DNA from: Glaucostegus cemiculus | Taxonomy: Eukaryota | DNA: 64,000 nt | Direction: 5' to 3' | Assembly (NCBI GenBank): GCA_976551045.1 | Contig: CDPCPM010000091.1 | Location: 1,178,001 to 1,242,000 of the forward strand | Shown: one piece after another, positions 1 to 12,640 of the stretch | Numbering within the stretch: position 1 is the first letter of the stretch | Layout: each line of letters opens with the position of its first letter | Translations under genes and position numbers: made by a program | Notes under the pieces: model-generated | The model's database searches: none | What the model was told of the DNA's origin: nothing | What the model saw: the letters and a program-made list of their open reading frames with translations, nothing else

Positions 1-340
1 GGGCATATTTGAGGACTAACATCTTGTGGAGGCAGAAGGGATTTCATGGGTTCTGAATTGGTTCATTATTTCTTTGCTGTTGAAGAGGATTCTGCTATAT
101 TTTATTAGTACAGGAGGAACTAGTAGTGATACTGGATTGACTAAAGTCTACTGAAAGGGAAGTAATTGAAAGTTTGGCATTCAAAGTTACTATGCAAGTT
201 ACTAAGGGTAGGAATTACAGAGGCTCTATCTGCAAATCACCAGTACTTCCTGGATCCCAAGGTTGTTAAAGAGAATTGGAGGAACACATATGTTAGCTCC
301 TTATTTGCAAATAGTAGACAGGGATAAACCATATCGTTTA

Positions 341-504
341 AACCATAGAACAGAACAGCACAAAACAGGCCCTTCAGCCCACCAAGTTGTGCCGTCCTTC
401 AAACGTCACACAATCTAACTCTTTCCTCCCACATATCCCACTATTCCACATTCTTCCATGTGCCTATCTAACAATCTCTTGAACCTGTCCAACGTATCTG
501 CCTC
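341..504 (-). mobile_element. CR1-type LINE 3' end, 5'-truncated (same subfamily as 38721-39070)
   Basis: Near-identical to 38729-38888 (aaccatagaac...cagcacaaaacaggcccttc...gaacctgtccaacgtatctgcctc); ggttctat-type tail on the minus strand. Confidence 0.8.
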
Positions 505-689
505 AGGTTTAGCTGAATAACATGATGATAACAGATCTTTAAAAGATAAAAATTTGAGGGAAGAAAAATTGGCACTTGTAAAATGGACTAGTTAATAAAA
601 ACGTGGAATAGTTATGTTTGCTAATTGGATTTGAGTTTTGTAACAGATTGTACTTCAAATGGTGAATGTACTTAATGGCTTCCAGAGGC

Positions 690-1290
690 ATTTGACAGTA
701 CATAAAAATAAACTTAAAAGCAAACTAAAAGCACAGGTATTAGACAGATTGACAGCTTGAATAAAAAAAACTGACCAAGGGACAGAAAACAGTTGTGTGA
801 ACGGTTATTTTTCAGACTTAGCAGTGGAGTGGGGGGGGGGGCGGGCGCGGTGCGGTGCAGTGATATGTAATGGATACGGTAGTATCCCCCAGGGATTGGT
901 ATTAAGATCACTGTTTCTTTCTCTCATTATGTATTTTAATGAGTTGAACCAGTAATTGGACATAATTTCAAAGTTTGCAGATGATGCAAAACATAGAAAT
1001 GGGATAAATAATGAGGAACAAAATGACAAGATTAGTGGACCAAACAAGCACATGGCAGAAGAAATTTAGCAGTGAAACAATGTATATTGATTGGAAGAAT
1101 GAGGAGAGAAAATAAAACCAAATAGTACAAACTTATCCGGGTAGCGAACTGTGCTTGTAATCGTACAAATCCTTTGAAGGTGACATGACAAAATGAGAAG
1201 GCTGCTAACAAGTGAAAGATTCTTAGCTTAATTGATTCAGAGTACTTAATCAAGAAAAATAGACTGAACCTTTATAAAATACTGGGTCTC
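690..1290 (+). mobile_element. Degenerate CR1 LINE reverse-transcriptase fragment
   Basis: ccccagggattggta (PQG motif) and tcaaagtttgcagatgatgcaaaa (SKFADD motif), interrupted by stops and frameshifts. Confidence 0.7.
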
Positions 1291-1854
1291 TTAATGCATT
1301 CGTCTTAATTTTGTGACCTAAGATGGATATTTTGGCTAAACATTCATGGGGCCAGCTGAATAACTTACTGTGCTTAAGCACTAGCACTGGAAGAATTATT
1401 TTGCGTTAGCATGCATAAAAAATGAAACAAAAGGTAGATGCCGCTTTGTTAGTATCTGTAATTGTTGATTGTCTGAAATACAGCCTCAGCAATTAAAAAG
1501 CCAACCTTTTTTAATGTGGATCCCAACCCAAAATGGAAGGTGAACTACAAAGGTCATTCTTTTAAAAAAGGAATAATAAATCAGGACTACAATAAAAAAA
1601 TAGAACAGAGAAATAGATAAGAAAAGAGCATAAAAGCATGCAAGATGAAGGTATGGGATTAAATGATGCTTCGATTTACAATATAATTTTCCTATATTTC
1701 ACTTGCATTGGATCTGTATTACAGTGATCTTTCCTTGACTTTTAAGCAAGTATTATCTTTAGATTTATTTCAACATCACGTGAGCTGTGCTTTTTCAATG
1801 GCTGTCCTGATGATCCTGAAATTTCCCTGTGCCACAAACAGCTTGTGTGGAAAA

Positions 1855-2220
1855 TCATAGAATGGTAATAGCACAGAAGGAGGCCATTTGCCCTTACTAC
1901 AAAGTCATTGCAGCTAGTCCTATCCTCTCGCACTTTCCCTATGTGCTGACATTTTTTCTTTCAAGTGCTCATCCAATTCTGTTTGAAAGCCATAACTGAC
2001 TCTTGACTATCAGTCCATCGGGCAATGCATTTCAATGCTAAACCTTGCATTTAAAAAAAAATTCCTCATTTCTAATCACCTTAAATTTTGTCCTCTGGTT
2101 CTCGACCTTTCGCCAATGGAAACAATCTCTCCCTATCAGTTCTCCTTTGGAGCCATCATTATTTTGAATGCCTCATTCATACCTCCTTTTGAACTTTCTC
2201 TGCTCTGAGATCAGTCCCAG
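1855..2220 (-). mobile_element. Old CR1 LINE 3' fragment
   Basis: atcatagaatggtaatagcacagaaggaggccatt is the reverse complement of a typical CR1 3' terminus, followed by degenerate ORF2 end sequence. Confidence 0.55.
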
Positions 2221-2224
2221 TTTC

Positions 2225-2505
2225 TTAACCTATTTCTTCCCAGCTTCTGAAGCCATTTCCACTCTCTCCTCCCCTCCCCCATCTGTCTATCAACCCCCTC
2301 CTCTACCCCTCCCCCCCAACCTGGATCCATCTATTGCCTTCTGGCTTTTGCTCCATCACTTCCCTCCACATTTTTACACTAACTATCTCCCATCTTTCAG
2401 TTCAGATGAAGGGTCTCAACCAGAAACATTAACTATCCATTTTCTTCCATAGATGCTGCTTGACCCGCCGAGTTCCACCAGCATCTAGTGTGTTGCTCCA
2501 GTTTC
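2225..2505 (+). mobile_element. Penelope-like element 3' terminal fragment with degenerate hammerhead-like core
   Basis: Pyrimidine-rich segment, then cagttcagatgaagggtctcaaccagaaacattaac and gatgctgcttgacccgccgagttccaccagca, the same arm seen at 9479-9577 and after the GIY-YIG remnant near 63880. Confidence 0.65.
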
Positions 2506-5500
2506 TCCAGTGTTTTCCCATGACCTACGGTCCTCATATGTGGATCTATTCTTCTAATTTTTTTCTGTATGCCATCCAAGGCCTTCACATTCTCCCCAAA
2601 ATGGATGTATTGTCTGTCATATCTGAGCCTACTTTCTCTGCAGATCCCTGACTTTTGCAACTCCCACTCCTGCAGCAGAACAGCCCTGCAGTCACAGATT
2701 TCTTTCCTCGATCACAGGATCCCTGATCCTTCAACTTCTGTGTAACCTTTGGCATGATTGGCTACACAGTTCTCATACAGACCTCTATAATTCAGAATTG
2801 GACTGCTCATACAGTTCCATTCTTACCTATCCAGCACAGCCAAAAACTTTCCATCAGTGGCCTAGTCCTACTGTTGCCACAGCATTGTCTGCAACTTCCT
2901 AAAAATCTATCTTTGTTCTCCACCTCCTCATTTACATGTGTTACTTCTTGATGTTGTCTTCCATAATCATATCAAAGCTTTCATGTGTATCCTTGCAAGA
3001 CACCTTTCAATGAATTTTCCTAACTCTTCCACAACCATCCTGTTGTCAGGCTGTTCTCTGCCATTGTCTTCAGTGAATCACTTGGCAGCCCAAGAAGACC
3101 CAAGCTTTGCCTTTAACTACCATCACAGACTCTGCAATCTTGCAGCTCGTTCCACCCTCCTCCACAGCCACGGTTCTAACATGTATCAGACTGTTCAAAT
3201 TGTCATTACTGTGTTGAACTTCTGATTCTATTCTTCTCCATCACAAAGCTTACCTCCATAACATTGTTCCCCCTAAATGCCTAATCATTTCATGTGCTGC
3301 TGAAACCAAACTGCATGCTCCAGAGCCAAAATGGCTCTGGATCACCTCCTCCCTTTAATTTGTGAAGTCTCCTAATAGCCTTGTCTGTACCTATGTATGT
3401 GACCTCAAGCAATACAACTCCAACACCATCCGCCAATTTTTCCCTCCATTGCAGTTCCACAATTGGACCCTGTGGGATTTCCTCTCTAAGCCCCTCCTTA
3501 AGGAACTGCCTCACAAACCCACTATTCAAGTAGCTTCTAGTAGTCTTTTGTAATAACTTGTTTATTTGTCATTTTTGTTTACCTCCTTGCTGCCGTAGCT
3601 TCACAATTTTATTGTTTCTTTTTCTTCCTGCTCCCCCTGCCCCTACATACATTTACTTTAATTCTTATTTAGCAATATAGTATCTTGTCTCCAGTAATGT
3701 CAATTTAATTTTCACTTATCCTATTCTACTCATCCTGTCTGTGAAGAACCTTATTTCTATGTCGCCATTGTGTTTGGCACGTTAGCTCTAATCCTGTACC
3801 ATTTGACATAACTATTGCAAACTTTTGGCTCTGAATTTGTACTTGTAATTTGTATTTTGTATTTGTAATTTGTAGTAAATTTAATGCTATCATTAATCTG
3901 AGAAACTGACAGCAAATTTGGGGTTTCGTCACCACAGTCAAGTTGAAGTCACTTGAACTGACCTGACAAAGTATTTATAAAATGGTCCCACTATTAAATA
4001 TCTTGAAAATTATGTGCTTAGTACATCTCAAGAAGTTTTTAATAATGTACTCAGCCATAATTGCTGCATACTGAACTTTATGCCCCTTTACAAAAATTTA
4101 TTTTATGTATGTTTAGTGACTTTTCCTTAAATGATTATTTCAGAATACAAAGAAAATATAAAACAAATGCTTGAACATTTAGTGATCTTAATTTATGTAT
4201 GCTTCACTCCTTATTTGGCATTCTGCATATTTAAAAACTTAATTGAAAATGGCTTCCTGATTTTCCTGTGTGTGAGAATTGACAGCAGTAGGTGTGGGAA
4301 AAGAAGAATTTACCACAGAGACTGTCAGATCTTTGTAAGGAACTTTTTTTAAGCAGGAGGCGATGCTGCATTCCTGGCCATTATTTGTTTTTAAATTCAG
4401 ATATGCATTTATGTTGTCGGTATTTTATATTCAAGATATTTGTTTAGTTTTGTCATATCAAAATCGGATGGTCAGAATCTTTTGTTTTTTGAGTTGTGAT
4501 TATTTTTCAGCAAATACATAAAAATGATTTTACAATAAGAGTTAAACTGGTAACTTACTATCAAGCTTTAAAGTAAACCCTAGAGCTGAGCCAGTAGCAA
4601 ATGCACAATCTGTATTGAATGATAACAGTGAAATGTAGCTATCTTATTGTAAAATGTGGTTCTGCTTTGACTGATATGTAGGTTTCTTCTAATTTTGTTA
4701 CTCCTATGAATATTGAAGTGTGAATCTTAAAAATTGACCCATTTCCCTGTCGTCATCTCTCCTTCCAGTCTGCATTCATTTCTGTTACTTTTTTGTACTT
4801 GTCAGTAAAGTTAACATGAAGCAAGAGATTAGTCTTTTTTCTGCAAATTTACACATGCTGCTGGAAAATACTGCAATCAGTATTGCTGATCTTATTACTA
4901 AAATTATATAAGGAAATTCATTTTAATTTCTGTAACTTGGAATGTTGTCTACAAAAGAATTAATACAGTAACTTCTAATGTTCTACATTGTTTTGAATAA
5001 AGTATAACCACGTATATTTTATGAAGAAAATTATAAAATTAATCTTACAATTAAGTATGTGGTTTATCTATTTTCTAATAAATGCATTTTCAAATAGGGC
5101 TACTCTAAAATAATTTATTTCAAAATGTAATAATGCACTACAGATTGTCAAAACTGAATGATATAACGTAAACTTTTTTTGTTAAAAGACAAAGGTTCAT
5201 GAAATGTCATTTTTTAATTTCCCCCTTTAAACTTTTCTTTATAATGTATGGAATGCATATCATGTAAATAATTTAAATTATTATTTGCATGGAGAAACCA
5301 CTGCAGGGAAACTATTGTCTGTGGCCAGACATCTGATACTGAGATGTAATGTAAAGTAAAAACAAAAGTTTGGTTTTAATTGCATTGCTAAATTCTGTTT
5401 TAAAAATATTGTTTCTCCTGTTTTTTAAAGTGAATCCATGTCATATTGTTGCACTGTGGTATTGACTAAAGTTTATGATGAAATGCAAATTCAAACTATT

Positions 5501-5739
5501 GTGATGCTCATGTCTCAATTATCTTTATCCTTTGCTTTTCCAAAATCTGCTATTCTGTCCTGTATCCACTCACATTAAATCTGCTTTGCTAACCTACATT
5601 GCTTTTCCATTCTCTAATACAATAAATTTTAAATTATTTTAACTTTAAATTTCTCATTGCCTACGACATCTCTGTATTCTCTTCTAATCCTGTATTTTTC
5701 CCAGATACAGCCTCGTTAGAATCATTCACACTTTTAAAT

Positions 5740-6110
5740 CAAATGGTTCCAAATTCAAGTCCCACTTTAGAAATTTCAGCAACAGAATCTTGGCTGACAC
5801 TCCAATGTGGTACTGAGGGCAAACTGCACTAATGCAAGTGACAATTTTTGGGTGATTTGTTAAACTGGCACACTTTCAGTTCTCTCAGTTAGCTATAACA
5901 GGATCCTGTGATGCTAATTAGAAGAACAAAAGAGTGTCTGCTGTTGTTCTGAACAATATTTATCCCCCAAATAGTACTATTGTTTATTTTTGAGAGCTTA
6001 GTGGATACAATTATCAGTTTCCTTCATTACAACAATGACATGAAAAGTATTCCAATGACTTAGGGATGTCTGAAAGACATATTAAAGAGGCTTTATAATT
6101 ACATCTTTAA
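5740..6110 (+). mobile_element. Deu-domain SINE (SacSINE1/AmnSINE1-like)
   Basis: ttcaagtcccact, ggctgacactccaatgtggtactgaggg..ctgcact, gatcctgtgatgcta..gaagaa and caatatttatccc match the recalled Deu-SINE central domain. Confidence 0.7.
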
Positions 6111-7640
6111 GTTTCCATTTTCTGACTAATTTTCAGCACATCCTCACCACTCATCACTTGTCCCACCATCAGCAGCAAAGTCTTCAGCTGCTTAAACCTT
6201 GTTCCTCGAGATTCTGTAAGTAAGCTGCAATGTTGGTCTCTTCTTTCTTAAGCTCTTATTAAATAAGTTTGTTATTTGGACAGCCATACTAATCTTCCCT
6301 GACCGGCTTGCTGTCTGCTTTTCTTGGACCTATCTGCAAAGGTACCTTAGGGCATTTCTGATGTTAATAGACATTTATACTTGCTGTCACAAACAGCAAC
6401 AACAAGAGCATCAAACACGATGTTTTTAAATGCAGCATAATGGAGAACGCAGTTTGCATGAAGAGTCTGTGAAGCCTGACTGCCCTTAGAGTACTAAGCC
6501 CAAGTATCATCAGCAAAAAAATGTACTTCTATTTAAGAACCTTTGTGCATAGAAAATGAAGCATGTTCTCTGTTCCATACAGTCTGCAATCACTTCAAAA
6601 CTCAACCCACTGCATTCAGTTGAATTGCAACTGAATATAGTGAACATAAAATGGCACTCACTATTTCTGTTACAATTGAATTTTGTAAATAATATAAAGT
6701 AGTCATGTTAATGACATGGTTCACCATTTCAATTGTCCTTAACGATGAGTTCATGAAACTACTCTTGTAACACTTAGAATGTGCTTTATGACTTCAAAGA
6801 TTTTGACAATCATTTTACTTTCATTTCTCTGAGTAGAAAGAAAATGCTAAGTTTTTGGTTGAGTTTTCAGTTATGCAGGTGAAGTTTACTGTTTTAGTTG
6901 CTGTTCTGTGTGGTTCCATTCAATGAGGTTATTTATTCTAAAAGTAGAATTCCATAAAAATAACAAATGCATTCTACCATGTTTTGTCTATCACTCTTCT
7001 CAACCATTAATTTTTCATGTGGATTTTCTTTATATGTGAAAAATAGGTAGCAAAAGAATTATTCATAGATTGAGTGCTCTTAGAAATTTTTGCAGTTTGT
7101 TCTGGTTCCTCTACGAAATGAGTTGTGGCAGTTTCAATTGATTCATAACATTCCACCAGATCTTTCAAATTTGGCAGTTTCAGTTTTAAGAATATGTAAA
7201 AATGCTGCTGCAGAGTTGATAACAAATCTCCACCAAATTGCTTTGAAGCTGAAAAGCAAAGAGTATATTTTCTATTCTTGTGGTTTCTTCTATGTCATTC
7301 ATGTAACAAATCCGTTTTAATTTAATTCCACAATAATTTTGGAGAAAGTTGTATTTGTCAAAGGTCAATTGGAAAGAAGCAAGGGAAGATTAGCATGGAG
7401 CTCATTAACTTTAAAAATGGACTTTGCACATTTAGCACAAGGTGGTGCTACAGTATTGTAGTATATTAAATCTGCTGAAATTGTACTATGGCATCTTTAA
7501 TGATATAGTGGTTATTCAACAGAATTTTGATTTGGTCATCAAATATCTAGGCTACAATATCAATTTTTCAATGGGTGCTGCCAATAATGTAACAACTGAA
7601 AAGCAAAGGACAAACTTCACAATGTGATCTTTAATTACAG

Positions 7641-7721
7641 GAAAACTTGCAGACGCTGGGTACAGAAATAGAACGTCTGATCAAGTGCCAGCATGAATTG
7701 GAGCAGCAACTAAAGCACTGA
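7641..7721 (+). CDS. CCDC186: Coiled-coil domain-containing protein 186, last coding exon ([26 protein letters not shown])
   Basis: Acceptor ttaattacag ends at 7640; translation matches the recalled human C-terminus ([22 protein letters not shown]...); TGA at 7719-7721; convergent with ADRB1 as in human synteny. Confidence 0.88.
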   Translation, partial: [26 protein letters not shown]

Positions 7722-9040
7722 ATTGGCACAGTTCTCAGTTTAAGCAACTCCATTGTGAATTCAAGGGAACAGGTGCTGGACAGGCAGAGATCGTACATCA
7801 CTCATGACTCAGACAAGTATATCTCATCTGCCTTCGCAAGAGATAATGTTGCTTCTACCGACACGCAGGTTTGGAATATTCATTATGCTGCATTGAACTG
7901 ACTTCTGTGAAACATTACTTTCTAAAGCAAGTTTTATGTTAACACTCCAAGTTACCAAACAAGTAACTGTAATCTGCTACAAAAATAATGAATGAAGACT
8001 GCTACAATCAGCTCAGAATAGCGACTAGTGGATGTTGATCATTCTTCTATGCTCTTTGTTGTTCTTAAAAAAAAAAGCAATGAACGCCATGTATCCCTAG
8101 TTGAGAATGTTTTATCATGAAGGTTTTGGGACTATAGTGCAATTATACAATGCAACTCTGGACATTTTTAGCTGACAACCTAAGTTTTGACTTTAGTGTT
8201 CATTTAATTTCTAAAATTTCTAAATTCAAATAGGGCTGAGGCAAATAAAGTGCATATCCATCCTAATGTCTGCCAGATTTTACTTCCTGATTTTAATGCT
8301 GACAGTAAAGTAGAGCTTTTTAGGAACTGAATAATTTAATTTCTCTGAATTTTACATATATTATGAATGCATTATGTCTGATAGGCCAAATTGCTGGATT
8401 CTCAATCCAACACATAACTCGAATCTAATAAGAAGGTCAAGGTATTTGGCTATTGATTGAATTATTTTTCATGTAAGTGTATGATCTGTTGTTATAGTGG
8501 AATATTAACAATGCTGGTAATGAAAAATAATTTAGATTTTTTGAGATATTGTAAGAAGGGTAATTTCAGTTTGTTGAGGAGGAACTGAGGATAGTAAACT
8601 GAATTCTGTGATTAATAACTAATTTGTCAGATTACTTACAAATAGTATATATTTATTACTGTGTCCACTTCAAATCCCCCAAATGGAGGATAGCATTCTG
8701 ACTTTTGCCATCGGATGAGATCTGATTTCTATTAAGAATGCAATTTTTTTCCTCCTAGAAAACCTGTTGGAAATGCACTTTAAACTCAAATTATTGCCTT
8801 CCAAATTGCACAGTTACATGTCTATTATTACAGTGCAGACTTCTGTTTTCAATATTTCAACTTTTTTTTCCAATTCATTCACTATCTGTTGCAAAAGTGA
8901 TGTAGCTTATTTTGGAAATTCATTTGTAAAATTATGTTGTAGATACATTTCTGTATAAAGAGGACAGTTTTTAAAGTTTTAATCTATTATATGTATATAT
9001 GGCATATTGGATGAATAAATGACATTTTGTGTCTTATTTT
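7722..9040 (+). other. CCDC186: Probable CCDC186 3' UTR with poly(A) signal AATAAA at 9014-9019
   Basis: AU-rich, repeat-free sequence after the stop; AATAAA followed by a GU/U-rich tract; an alternative AATAAA near 8244. Confidence 0.5.
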
Positions 9041-9331
9041 GCTGCTATGTTAAATTATCAGATAAAAAACCCTCAATTTTAAAGGGTAGTGAATTCTACA
9101 AAATGTATTTGGTTCTTTTATAATGTGGGTATTGATCCATTGTTTTGGAAGCAGCACATATTTCTTCAAAGTGTGAAGAATGGTTCCTTTTTTTTGTTTG
9201 ACATCTATCCCATGTTTTTATAGTACAAGGGATGGAGAATGACAAAGGAGACAATCAATAAATTTAAGTAGCATTCCTTCCATTTTGAATTAACTGATTA
9301 ATTTTATCCAACAAGCGAAAGAGCAAAGAAA

Positions 9332-9578
9332 ACAGAGACACAAGAGATTCTGCAGGTGCTGGAATCTGGAGCAACACACAAAATGCTGGAGGAACTCGGC
9401 AGGTCAGGTAACATCAATGGAGGGAAGTAAAATAGTTGATGTTTCGGGCTGAGACCCTTCATCAGGACTCATGACCAGGTCCTGATGAAGGGTCTCGACC
9501 CAAAACGTTAACTGTTTATTTCCCTCCATAGATGCTGCCTGACCTGCTGAGTTCCTCCAGCATTTTTGTGTGTCGCTG
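9332..9578. mobile_element. Fold-back Penelope-derived insertion with two head-to-head arms and a 13-bp TSD
   Basis: Arms ~9370-9468 and ~9479-9577 are imperfect inverted repeats; aagagcaaagaaa is repeated directly at 9319-9331 and 9579-9591. Confidence 0.8.
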
Positions 9579-9619
9579 AAGAGCAAAGAAATTTTGTTTT
9601 CCAAGCCTCAAAGTTCTTT

Positions 9620-9870
9620 TGTGCTTTGCAACTACTGAGGAACATTACAAGTGTAATCACTGTGCTAATGTAGAAAATGTGGTTGTTCATGTGTACTCAG
9701 CAAGATCCCACAAACAACAAATAGATTGCTTGTTTCATTAATATTATGCATAGAATATAGACCCTGGCAGTGTCCCTGTTTGTTTTTCTTTAAACCGTGC
9801 TAGGAGTGCTTTTATGACTGCCTGAGAGAGCAATTTAAAGTTTCATCCCAAATCTTTGGCGATGTCTTCT
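9620..9870 (-). mobile_element. Deu-domain SINE, degenerate
   Basis: agtgtaatcactgtgctaatgtag...cagcaagatcccacaaac resembles the reverse complement of the SacSINE 3' half. Confidence 0.55.
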
Positions 9871-10959
9871 GTGATATTTGGAAAGTACAATTGCTGCCAC
9901 TAACAAATACAAACTTCCAATTTTGTTGGCATCTATTTCAGAAAAGAAATTGGTGTTTTTCTAGTCGGGTGCTTGGATTTGACACATTTATAGTCACTAT
10001 TGGTAACTGTTCAAGAGAGAACAATGTGAATAATTCACTCTACCAACGTTAGGGAATAAAAGGTTTTGAGGAAGTTCATTGGGGTGGTAATCAGAAAGGG
10101 CAGTGGGAGTGTACCTAAGGTGAAATTCCTTCTTAAACTCCTATTTATAAAGAATCACAATCGCCTAATTCATTTTTCTAGAGAAATTTTGTGAGCAATT
10201 GAATACCTCATGCATATATTGAATTGAGAATTTATTATTCTTATACATAGTAAAATTCCTATGGTTTTACTATGTCCAAGTTTTTAGTTTTCCTTTAATG
10301 AGAATGTGAGATGTAGATTGATGATCAAATTTGTTACATATAACATTTGAAATCAGCAGGAAGTTCATGTCATAAACATTCCCTTAAACGTAAGTGATTA
10401 TCTTTCTGATTTTTGAAATGTAAAATGACGTTCCCATGCTCTGCCTTTCAACTTCTGTAACTCCGATGCAGCATGATACTAAAGGTAATCATGTGAATGG
10501 GAGTCCCTTGTAGGCTGATTCTTGCTTCTGATTTCCCTGTCATTAGTAAAGAGCTGTTTTAAATCCCTTCTTAATTCACTTCTTTGGGACTTTTCTAACT
10601 CTTGGTGAAAGTTAGCAGAGAGAACAGGGAAATTTTTTGATGTGATTTAAGAACATCTGTCCCTTGCTTAACCAAAAGTCGGCCATGAGTCTCGCATTTC
10701 TTCATTGCTGTCCATGCTCATTTGTAATGCTTAAATTTGGACATGGTGGTGTGTTGATGGCTGTGGTTCTGCATTATGATCTTTATACTTTGAGGAAAGT
10801 TTTGATACCTAATAATATTTAGGCTCAGGAGAGAAGAAGAACTCTTTCATTTGAATCCGAGAAGGATCAGGAGCAGTTACAATTTCTTTATTAAATGCAA
10901 TGTTTGTATTGTTTCAGATAGTTGTTTTTTTGTCTGCTAATTACATCCTAAACCTTTGA

Positions 10960-11690
10960 CTTTTAGCTTTGCTAGGATCTCCACTATTCTGTGGAAGGAT
11001 GGTCACAAAGGAAAAGGAGGTTGGTTATCTCTTTAACAAAGGAAGAACTCAGTACAGTATGAGAAGAGATCAAGATGTAAAATATATTCAAATGGAGATT
11101 TTTTTTAAAAAGTTAGGGAAAGAAATCATTGGTGAGAGTTGTCTGTGGACACCATAACATTAGCTGCACTGCAGGATAGAGTATAACTCAAAGGAATATT
11201 GGGGTTAGAAAGAACATTACTGCAACAATTATGAGCAACTTTAGTCAATTTTTGACCAACTTAAATAAAGATTAAAGTAATATTGAGAATAAGTTCATAG
11301 AGTATACTTGGTAAAGCTTCTTAGCTAGATACAACATGGAACGAACAAGTGAGCAAGCTCTTCTGGATGTGGGCCATGTTCAATCAGACAAGATTAATTA
11401 ATGATCTCACAGCGAAGAGTGATTATAACATGGTAGAATTTCATACTCAGTTTGAGAGTGAGAAATTTCCATTCTGTAAGATGCAATATAAAACTGTGCA
11501 AGATGTGAGCTCATGGCATCAGGGGCTATATATTAACATGGAAAACAAAAAGAGAGTCAGGATAAATGGGTCATTTTTAAAATGGAAAGCTGTAAATAGT
11601 GGGGTGCCCCAGGGATCAGTGCCAAGCCCTCAATTATTTACAATGTATTAATGATTCAGAAGTAGATTATGCAAGGATAGATGGTAAAAC
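10960..11690 (+). mobile_element. Degenerate CR1 LINE ORF2 fragments
   Basis: Translation includes KRVRINGSFLKWKAVNSGVPQGSVPSPQLFTMY (RT domain) and SDYNMVEF (endonuclease end). Confidence 0.75.
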
Positions 11691-12356
11691 AATTTGTTCC
11701 AACCAGTCACCACTCCAACACATTGCAGACCGATACTCCAAATTATAAACATATGAACAGGCTACAATGAACTGTTTAGTTGCATGTGTCTGTCTTATTT
11801 TAAAGATTAGCTCATTCCTCTTCGTATCATCCAACAATTAGTAAAAAAAATATGGGCTGGCGGCTTGCAAACAGGATCTGCAGGCAGAACAGTATGGCAA
11901 TTCCCTTCATTTTATTAGAATCCTGGGGGTCAGATGTCCTAATGTGGAAAAGTTGAAGTTCTTTTCACTGATTGGTTTGGGCCAGGAATTTGTTATTATT
12001 TGCTTTCCCTAACATTAAGGATTTTTATCCCACACGGCTGCTAGTAGTTGCCAAATAGCAACATTACCAGAATCCATTTATAATGTTGTTGTTCACTGTG
12101 CATTCTTGTAGAAATTAGGTAATTTGCAATAAAGCAAGACCAGGAAGTGAGTGGTTAAGGGTAAAAGTGGTACGGTTATTTACCAGGCCACCCTGCAGAG
12201 TCTCCTTCTGTGCCTGGGACCTTGCTCACTTTGTGGAGGTGACAATCTACATTCAACCCCCTGCATTAACAGTTTCTAGAACCTTGAACGGTTGAGCTGT
12301 GTGACTTTGCAGTAACTACTGGGCCTGAATGACACACTGGGTTTAGTTATGCTGCT

Positions 12357-12640
12357 TTCCAGCAGGAGAGCCAACAGTGGGAGCTGGTGTCCAATGAGGG
12401 AAAGGGCACCTGTTCCAGCAGAAGGATGGAGCAGGGCTTTGGGTGCCTCCCAATGTTTGGGGAGCGGGTAGGCAGTAACAGGAGCCAGTATCATTCCAGT
12501 AGGAAGTTCCCGCTGGGAGTACCAGTAGAAAGCCTCCAGTAGATGGAACCTGTGGAATAGAGCTTCCAGCAGGAGGTACAGACAGCAGCCTTCCAGCGGG
12601 TGGGAGCAGCTCAGCATCGGGGATTTCCAGCTGAAGGCGT
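12357..12640 (+). repeat. Degenerate array of nine TTCCAGYAGRWGG-like motifs (CTCF-like)
   Basis: Copies start at 12357, 12413, 12494, 12507, 12520, 12534, 12564, 12591 and 12625. Confidence 0.6.

Noticed and set aside
9332-9578. Classifying the palindrome as a cut-and-paste MITE or a miRNA gene
   Set aside because: The arms are asymmetric, occur singly elsewhere and follow a GIY-YIG remnant, and the 13-15 bp TSDs fit retrotransposition better.
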